From an uncultured SAR86 cluster bacterium (lineage in GTDB: Bacteria; Pseudomonadota; Gammaproteobacteria; Magnimaribacterales; D2472): a DNA stretch of 64,000 bases. The first letter of the stretch is position 1. Every line of letters begins with the position of its first letter. The notes beneath the pieces are model-generated. The model made no database searches and was not told the DNA's origin. It was given only the letters and a program-made list of their open reading frames with translations. The stretch covers positions 181,706 to 245,705 of the forward strand of contig CACMIG010000001.1 in assembly GCA_902613705.1 (NCBI GenBank), written 5' to 3'. Below are positions 59,201-64,000 of this stretch, one piece after another. The position numbers and the translations under genes are program-made.

Positions 59201-59333
59201 TGTTTTTTCTACATAACTCAATTATTTTTTGTGCATTTTTAGATATCTCTTTATCTTCTAAGAACTTAGTTTCATCTGACAAACTTAATAAAAGCTTTTC
59301 TTCACAAATAAATTTATTTTTTGCCTCAAGCAT
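56292..59333 (-). CDS. putA: bifunctional proline dehydrogenase / L-glutamate-gamma-semialdehyde dehydrogenase PutA (short form, 1013 aa)
   Basis: N-terminal PRODH barrel region, then ALDH motifs (FTGS, ETGGINAMIVD, GQRCSALR). The protein starts directly in the arm/PRODH region, so there is no ribbon-helix-helix domain. Confidence 0.9.
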   Translation of the reverse strand: MLEAKNKFICEEKLLLSLSDETKFLEDKEISKNAQKIIELCRKNNVDRTKLDAFLNEYGLDNKEGVALMCLAESVLRIPDKKTRDLIISEKLSEGKWIDHLNQADSIFVNASTWGLLLAGKIVKTPSKWSENPNTFLSELVSKSGEMPIRNAVLAAMQILSQEFVIGRNFKEIDKMPGLEKEVFSFDMLGEAARTPQQADDYFESYRSAIDEVGKINTARNLSNGVSIKISALHPRYEMKKINQIESELLPKLKELVNYAQSKDVEITIDAEEQDRLALSLHIIEKLAYEKNIRDWPGFGIALQAYGKRSFDVIHWLNGILDKRDGMHLRLVKGAYWDYEIKHAQVSGYEGYPVFSKKSLTDIAYLACAKKIFKNKKIFPKFATHNAHTISSIHHIGKDCNYEFQRLYGMGELLYKSASEVLGIKNNPSVYAPIGSYKDLLPYLVRRLLENGANSSFINRLLDPDTNSQWLAENPYIRVESEKKEIPLPNQIFINRQNSSGMDISESKNLENLKNRLIDFDDKLIDAKSIYKGREEDNKNVEKIFSISSKKEIGTVVFDNPKNIKQSLAKSLKTTWSNTNPNERSKILKKIADNIEEEPYELIYFLINEAGKTIQNAIDEIREAVDFLRYYSNQILKISDTSHLEGPTGEENLITYTPKGRFLCISPWNFPVAILIGQISAALACGNKVIAKPSEHTSILGYLVVKKFHELGIPKDALELILGDGSYGETLTKICPLHGVAFTGSLKTAKSIQANLLESQKQIVPLIAETGGINAMIVDSSALLEQVTDDVIRSAFDSAGQRCSALRVLCIQEEIYDDLVTMIKGNISTQTVGDPNDFDIDIGPIINSKALENLNNYISKCKQKGMEVFQFEGKESKTHINPTIVNINRISDIEDEQFGPILHILKYKSNEIDQLIAEINDSGYGLTMGIHTRIESRADYFGSMSNVGNIYINRDMVGAVVGSQPFGGVGLSGSGFKAGGPNYLLQFLNEKVVSKNSVAFGGNTELLNLQEDL

Positions 59334-59370
59334 AGCAACTATTTTAATGTTTAAGCACTAAGTAGCAACT
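59333..59370. repeat. 8-bp direct repeat TAGCAACT x2 spaced 30 bp apart in the putA/tyrS divergent region
   Basis: TAGCAACT occurs at 59333-59340 (touching the putA start codon) and at 59363-59370. Confidence 0.3.
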
Positions 59371-59411
59371 TTGTGATTCTAATAATCTTCCAAAAATACT
59401 ATGATAGTAAT

Positions 59412-60599
59412 ATGAAGGAAGAACTAAAGCTTATTAAAAGGGGCTCTGATGAAATTCTTACTGAGGAAGACCTTCAAAAAAAGTTTGAATCAGGAAGGCA
59501 ACTTATTGTAAAAGCTGGATTTGACCCAACAGCTCCAGACCTTCATTTTGGTCACACAGTCTTGCTTAATAAGTTAAGACATTTCCAAGACTTGGGTCAC
59601 AAAGTAATATTTTTAATAGGAGACTTCACGGGAAGAATTGGGGATCCATCAGGTACAAATAAGACAAGACCAATTCTTAATTCAGAAGATCTTGTTAAAA
59701 ACGCTAAGACATATGAAAAGCAAGTTTTTAAAATATTAAAAAAGGAACTTACCGAGGTTAAATTCAATTCAGAGTGGTGTGATGACTTAGGTGCAAATGG
59801 ATTAATCCAACTCGCTTCAAAATATAATGTTGCAAGAATGCTTGAAAGAGATGACTTTAATAAGCGTTTTACATCGAATAAGAGTATTGCTATTCACGAG
59901 TTTCTATATCCTCTAGTTCAAGGATATGATTCTGTAGCTTTAAAAGCAGATGTAGAATGTGGAGGAACTGACCAAAAGTTTAATCTTCTGGTTGGAAGAG
60001 AATTACAAAGAGACTATGATCAGGAACCTCAAGTTGTAATTACTGTTCCAATATTAGAGGGTCTAGATGGGGTAAACAAAATGTCTAAATCTCTAGATAA
60101 CTATATTGCAATTGATGAGGAGCCGAACGAGATGTTTGGGAAAATTATGTCCATTTCTGACGAATTAATGTGGCGATGGTTTGATTTGCTTAGTTTTATT
60201 CCCGAGGATGATATCTCTAGTTTAAAAGATGAAATGAAAAACGGTAAAAATCCAAGAGATATTAAATTCATATTAGCTGAAGAACTTGTAGACAGATTTC
60301 ATAAACAAGGAGATGGTGAAAAATGTAGGGAAATATTTTTAAATAGATTTCAAAAAGGCAATATACCTGATGAAATTGAATCTAAAACAATAGATATTGA
60401 TGAAGATTCTATTTTGTTAGTTAATCTATTGAAAGAATCAGGAATGATCGCTAGCGTTTCAGAGGGAAATAGATTAATTCAACAAGGAGGAATAAAGATT
60501 AATTCAGAAAAAGTTTCGGATTCAAAATTTGAAATTGATAAAGGCACAGAAAATATTTATCAAGTTGGAAAAAGAAAGTTTCTAAAAATTAAGGTATGA
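59412..60599 (+). CDS. tyrS: tyrosine--tRNA ligase (TyrZ-like, type 2)
   Basis: HIGH-type motif DLHFGH, the KMSKS motif, and a C-terminal S4-like domain. I prefer ATG 59412 over the ORF-track GTG 59373. Confidence 0.9.
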   Translation: MKEELKLIKRGSDEILTEEDLQKKFESGRQLIVKAGFDPTAPDLHFGHTVLLNKLRHFQDLGHKVIFLIGDFTGRIGDPSGTNKTRPILNSEDLVKNAKTYEKQVFKILKKELTEVKFNSEWCDDLGANGLIQLASKYNVARMLERDDFNKRFTSNKSIAIHEFLYPLVQGYDSVALKADVECGGTDQKFNLLVGRELQRDYDQEPQVVITVPILEGLDGVNKMSKSLDNYIAIDEEPNEMFGKIMSISDELMWRWFDLLSFIPEDDISSLKDEMKNGKNPRDIKFILAEELVDRFHKQGDGEKCREIFLNRFQKGNIPDEIESKTIDIDEDSILLVNLLKESGMIASVSEGNRLIQQGGIKINSEKVSDSKFEIDKGTENIYQVGKRKFLKIKV

Positions 60600-61051
60600 A
60601 TAAAATATTTTTTGTATCATGCCTTCTAATAATTTTGACAGGTTGTGTTCAAGATAGCCCAAATATTAAACAAATAGAAAATTTACAATTCTTCATCGAT
60701 AATAAATCTGATAATAGAGTTACTGAAATTGAATCAGGACTTCAATATCTTGTATTAGAGGAGGGAAATCCTGAAGGAATATCACCAAAAGCAGATCAAA
60801 TTATTTCTGCCCACTTTCATGGGACACTCACTAATGGTGAGGTTTTTTGGAGTTCTTTGGACTCTGAACCATTAACAATCGAATTATCTAAATTGATCAT
60901 AGGATGTCAAAAAATAATTTCATTAATGAAGGTAGGAGACAAATGGAGAGCATTTATAGATCCTACTATGGCCTATGGAGAGGAGGGAAGACCAGGAATA
61001 CCTTCAAATTCTATTCTTATATTTGACATAGAGCTAATTGCAGTTAATTAA
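60596..61051 (+). CDS. FKBP-type peptidyl-prolyl cis-trans isomerase, lipoprotein
   Basis: Lipobox ILTGC and an FKBP core ([16 protein letters not shown] ... [14 protein letters not shown]). An ATGA overlap joins it to tyrS. Confidence 0.8.
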   Translation: MNKIFFVSCLLIILTGCVQDSPNIKQIENLQFFIDNKSDNRVTEIESGLQYLVLEEGNPEGISPKADQIISAHFHGTLTNGEVFWSSLDSEPLTIELSKLIIGCQKIISLMKVGDKWRAFIDPTMAYGEEGRPGIPSNSILIFDIELIAVN

Positions 61052-61953
61052 ATTTTAATTAGAGGATTGTAGGTAATTCTGTCAGGTATTTCTTCCGCAC
61101 CAGGAACCCCTCTGGCTATTAAAAATGGTTTTAATTCTTCAATTGCTCTTGGCTCATCATAATGGCCAATATTTGGATGAAGATGGTGAACGAAATGTAA
61201 TTGCATTGAATGGTTAATGTATCTTGGCATCCAATGTTGCCAAAATCTTGTATTTTTATATCTACCAATTTCAGTACCAATATGTGGATAATATGAAAAG
61301 AAAAGAGTTGTGTAAACGACACCTATCTTTGCTGGCAACCACCACAAAAGTAATGTTTGAAGCGGGAAAAGAAAAACTAGTGACATTAAAATTATTCTGT
61401 ATGTTAAGAAAACCTTTACGCCTTTTTCAAAAGCATACTGAAATACAGCATCACTAGAATATATCTCTTTATATTTTTCGTAGTCTGTAGAAGTACCATC
61501 AAGTGAAAGTAAGATAACTTCTTTTACAGATTTTGCATTTGAAGTTAAAAAATCAGGATCTTTATCATCATGGTTTGTATATGCATGATGCTTCATATGC
61601 GTCACTCTCAATATTTCATATGGATAAATTAATGTTATCAGAGTAATGTGTCCAACAAATGAGTCAATCCATCTTTTCTTAGGGTCACCTCTTGAGTAGT
61701 TACCATGCTGCGCTTCATGAGAAGGTAGGTAAGACATACAAGCACAAAAGCAAGCTACTATAAATCCCAACCATAGAGGAATAATTTCGAACATAACCAA
61801 TGGCCATAAACTTAACCATACACAGGCTTGACCAATGCCAATTAGAATCATTTCCCATTGAAATCTTTGAGCATATTTTTTAGCAACAGCTTTTTCTTTT
61901 TCAAATGAAAACTCTTCAGATACAGCATCTTTGATATCTACACCCATAACCAT
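61048..61953 (-). CDS. membrane fatty-acid desaturase/hydroxylase superfamily protein
   Basis: Three His boxes (HEAQHG, HMKHH, HFVHHLH) and TM segments. Substrate is unknown. Confidence 0.7.
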   Translation of the reverse strand: MVMGVDIKDAVSEEFSFEKEKAVAKKYAQRFQWEMILIGIGQACVWLSLWPLVMFEIIPLWLGFIVACFCACMSYLPSHEAQHGNYSRGDPKKRWIDSFVGHITLITLIYPYEILRVTHMKHHAYTNHDDKDPDFLTSNAKSVKEVILLSLDGTSTDYEKYKEIYSSDAVFQYAFEKGVKVFLTYRIILMSLVFLFPLQTLLLWWLPAKIGVVYTTLFFSYYPHIGTEIGRYKNTRFWQHWMPRYINHSMQLHFVHHLHPNIGHYDEPRAIEELKPFLIARGVPGAEEIPDRITYNPLIKI

Positions 61954-62135
61954 TTTCCTCTAATGTGTGCCACTAGCCCAATAACAAAACCTGATAGAAA
62001 ACTAATTAATGAAAGATATGGAACTTGATTTAAGACAACAAGTTCTTGAGAAACTGCATTTAATACACTTCCAATAAAAATTAAACCAAACCATATCTTG
62101 TTATGATCAAGAATGATTTCTAGAAGCTTTTCCAT
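61938..62135 (-). CDS. hypothetical small two-TM membrane protein (65 aa)
   Basis: Two hydrophobic stretches. It overlaps the desaturase start by 16 nt, so it is probably co-transcribed. No recognisable family. Confidence 0.35.
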   Translation of the reverse strand: MEKLLEIILDHNKIWFGLIFIGSVLNAVSQELVVLNQVPYLSLISFLSGFVIGLVAHIRGKWLWV

Positions 62136-62165
62136 GACTTATTTTATCAGAACTTTTTCAAAATA

Positions 62166-62244
62166 TGGTGGGCCTGGGAAGACTCGAACTTCCGACCTCT
62201 CGATTATCAGTCGAACGCTCTAACCAAAACTGAGCTACAGGCCC
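62166..62244 (-). tRNA. tRNA-Ile (anticodon GAU), CCA encoded
   Basis: The reverse complement folds as a cloverleaf. The acceptor stem is GGGCCTG/CAGGCCC and the D arm is GCTC-AGTTTTGGTTA-GAGC. The anticodon arm is TTCGA-CTGATAA-TCGAG, giving anticodon GAT. The T arm is GGAAG-TTCGAGT-CTTCC, followed by ACCA. Confidence 0.9.
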
Positions 62245-62292
62245 TATAACGAATGTGCATTCTACCTTTGAATTAAGATTTGGACAATTGAT

Positions 62293-62967
62293 CTAGTTAG
62301 TTTTAATAGATTTATAAAGAGTGAAATATATATAACCTAATGGAATGGTCATCGCATATTCAATAGAAGAATTTATAAGTGCTTGAGCAAAACCGGCAGG
62401 CACAACACTACTAACAATTAAAACTGAAAATAATATTAAAAGAGCAAAAATTAAGGTAAACATAAATAACCTTGATCCATGTTCATCTGTTTTTTCCCAT
62501 GAAGCACCTATCGATTCAAAAACTTTGCTATCTTCAAACATAATATGAGCTGCATATAAAGAAAATCTTGCAGTTAAGTATATGCCTGGAAGTATTAACA
62601 AAAGGAAGCCAAAAGCTGATGCTATAGCGACCAATATATATGCACCAGCGATCGGAAAAAATTTTGCAAGACCGGCTTGTAATGCATTAATTGGATTTAT
62701 ATCTTGTTTTGAGTCAATTGCCATGTAGCTTACCCAAAGCCCTCCAATAACTGAAATTTGTAAGACTAAACCAGTGATGGTAACTAGTCCGATTATTAAC
62801 CCATTTGATTCAAAAAATCCTACGAAATCTTCTGGTTGAGTCATTTCTCCTAGAGGCATTATTAAAAAAGCTGACAAACTTTCTATGACTATTAGGGGCA
62901 AACCTAAAGCTAAAAAATATTTCCAATTTGAAAATGCAAATTCCCAAGAACTTTTAAATTGATTCAT
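62293..62967 (-). CDS. hypothetical polytopic membrane protein (YciC/UPF0259-like?)
   Basis: Five to six TM segments. The LLLILPGIYLTARFSLYA region loosely resembles E. coli YciC VVVPGIIMAILLALAP. ATG 62967 is preferred, because the longer ORF-track start would overlap the divergent peptidase gene. Confidence 0.45.
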   Translation of the reverse strand: MNQFKSSWEFAFSNWKYFLALGLPLIVIESLSAFLIMPLGEMTQPEDFVGFFESNGLIIGLVTITGLVLQISVIGGLWVSYMAIDSKQDINPINALQAGLAKFFPIAGAYILVAIASAFGFLLLILPGIYLTARFSLYAAHIMFEDSKVFESIGASWEKTDEHGSRLFMFTLIFALLILFSVLIVSSVVPAGFAQALINSSIEYAMTIPLGYIYFTLYKSIKTN

Positions 62968-62995
62968 ATAGCAATTGTAAAGTAATATGCAATCT

Positions 62996-64000
62996 ATGTA
63001 TAAATTATGTCTACATATATTTTTAATATTAATTATCACATCTTGTTCAAATCAGAATTCATCTGGTTATCCTGAAACTAAAAAAGAAAAATTTACTGAA
63101 ACTATTCATGGATACGAAATATCAGATTCCTACAGATGGCTTGAAGATTTTACAAGCGATGATTCTCTTGATTGGGTCAAGAGACAAAATAAATATACTA
63201 AAACATTTATCAGTAAAAATAATTATAAAAAGGACATAGCAAACTATCTTAAGCAAATTTGGGAGAATGAATCTATTTCTATCCCTTACAAGGAGGAAGG
63301 CAAGACTTTTTACTATTTCAATGACGGATCTTTCCAACAGAGTAAATTGATGATCAAGGACTGTGACAAGTGTGATGAGCGTATCTTAATTGATCCAAAT
63401 ACTTTTTCAGATGATGGGACCATATCTCTAGGCGGCACAAGTGTTAATAATTCAGCTAATATGATTGCTTTTTCAATTTCTGATGGAGGATCAGACTGGA
63501 GAGTTTGGAAAGTGTTAGATATTGAAACCGGTAAAGTACTTGAAGACGAAATTAAATGGGCTAAATTTTCTGGTGCATCCTGGGAGAATGATGATTCAGG
63601 TTTTTTCTATCAAAAATATGATGAGCCACAGGGAGAGCTCTTAAAGGAAGTAAATGAGTCTCCAAAATTAATGTTTCATAAAATTGGTACAGATCAATCT
63701 GAAGACTATGTTGTATATGAGAATCCAGACCAACCAAGATGGGGTTGGGGCATTAACGTAATAGAAGATACTAATATTAAAATTTTATCTATATCTGAAG
63801 GAACAGATGAGAGAAATAGGCTATATATACAGCTAAATACTGGTGAAAAATTCATTCCTTTAATTGATGAATTGATAGGGGCATATAGTTTTATAGACAG
63901 CAAAGATGGTATTTTATGGTTTTATACTACAGAAGGTGCTCCAAATGGGAAAATTGTTAATTTAGAAATAAAAAATGGCTCCTTTGTATGGAATGACGTT
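62996..64000 (+). CDS. prolyl oligopeptidase (S9A) family lipoprotein, N-terminal part; continues beyond the window
   Basis: My own translation gives MYKLCLHIFLILIITSCSNQNSSGYPETKKEKFTETIHGYEISDSYRWLEDF...DWVKRQNKYT...FYYFNDGSFQQSKL. This is a lipobox ITSC followed by the typical S9A N-terminal/propeller signature. The frame is open to nt 64000, so the gene is absent from the ORF track. Confidence 0.8.
   Translation, partial: MYKLCLHIFLILIITSCSNQNSSGYPETKKEKFTETIHGYEISDSYRWLEDFTSDDSLDWVKRQNKYTKTFISKNNYKKDIANYLKQIWENESISIPYKEEGKTFYYFNDGSFQQSKLMIKDCDKCDERILIDPNTFSDDGTISLGGTSVNNSANMIAFSISDGGSDWRVWKVLDIETGKVLEDEIKWAKFSGASWENDDSGFFYQKYDEPQGELLKEVNESPKLMFHKIGTDQSEDYVVYENPDQPRWGWGINVIEDTNIKILSISEGTDERNRLYIQLNTGEKFIPLIDELIGAYSFIDSKDGILWFYTTEGAPNGKIVNLEIKNGSFVWNDV

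Noticed and set aside
62136-62292. The tRNA-Ile gene as an integration hotspot flanked by an island
   Set aside because: No integrase, no direct repeat of the tRNA 3-prime end, and no compositional break on either side. The neighbouring genes are ordinary membrane and peptidase genes.
63122-63903. Two minus-strand ORFs (63122-63337 and 63706-63903) offered by the ORF track near the window end
   Set aside because: Both are antisense to a continuous plus-strand frame (62996 to beyond 64000) that encodes a clear prolyl-oligopeptidase N-terminus. The plus-strand gene is missing from the track only because it has no stop within the window.
1-64000. CRISPR arrays, transposases/IS elements, prophage genes, toxin-antitoxin pairs, restriction-modification systems or known defence systems
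   Set aside because: None were found on either strand. No spaced direct-repeat arrays, no DDE/HUH/serine-recombinase-like translations, and no nuclease/ATPase/methylase combinations. Every ORF of 150 aa or more is accounted for by a housekeeping or hydrolase-type call.

Overview
The window is AT-rich (about one-third G+C by eye) and very tightly packed. By my tally only about 1.76 kb of 64 kb lies outside protein-coding sequence. Gene order is clearly gammaproteobacterial, with many E. coli/Pseudomonas-type blocks: lptM-dapF-yigA-xerC-yigB; metK-ahcY; tkt-pgk-fba; ubiE-ubiJ-ubiB-tatABC; rsgA/orn; miaB-ybeZ-ybeY-corC-lnt; zapA-ssrS-ygfA opposite pepP-ubiH; rpmE/priA; nnrD-tsaE-amiB; dksA-pcnB; hemG-hemL/erpA; anmK-M23 peptidase-putA/tyrS. 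It reads as the core chromosome of a streamlined marine-type gammaproteobacterium. I see no CRISPR array, transposase, integrase other than xerC, prophage, toxin-antitoxin pair or recognisable defence island, so I cannot honestly nominate a large new multi-gene system. Four features are missing from the supplied ORF track: a 55-aa tatA, a 26-codon minimal LptM/YifL lipoprotein upstream of dapF, a prolyl oligopeptidase gene that runs off the 3-prime end, and two RNA genes (6S RNA and a stand-alone tRNA-Ile-GAU). The observations most worth follow-up are: (1) the minimal LptM; (2) a promoter-hairpin-hairpin unit with a CU-rich loop in the largest non-coding gap (25879-26172), a candidate small RNA or leader; (3) a paraoxonase/arylesterase-like beta-propeller fused to a 4-TM domain, leading a small hydrolase cluster (42.1-46.3 kb); (4) a DksA with a lysine-rich, histone-H1-like N-terminal tail. 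All functional calls come from reading the translations for motifs and synteny; no database search was run.
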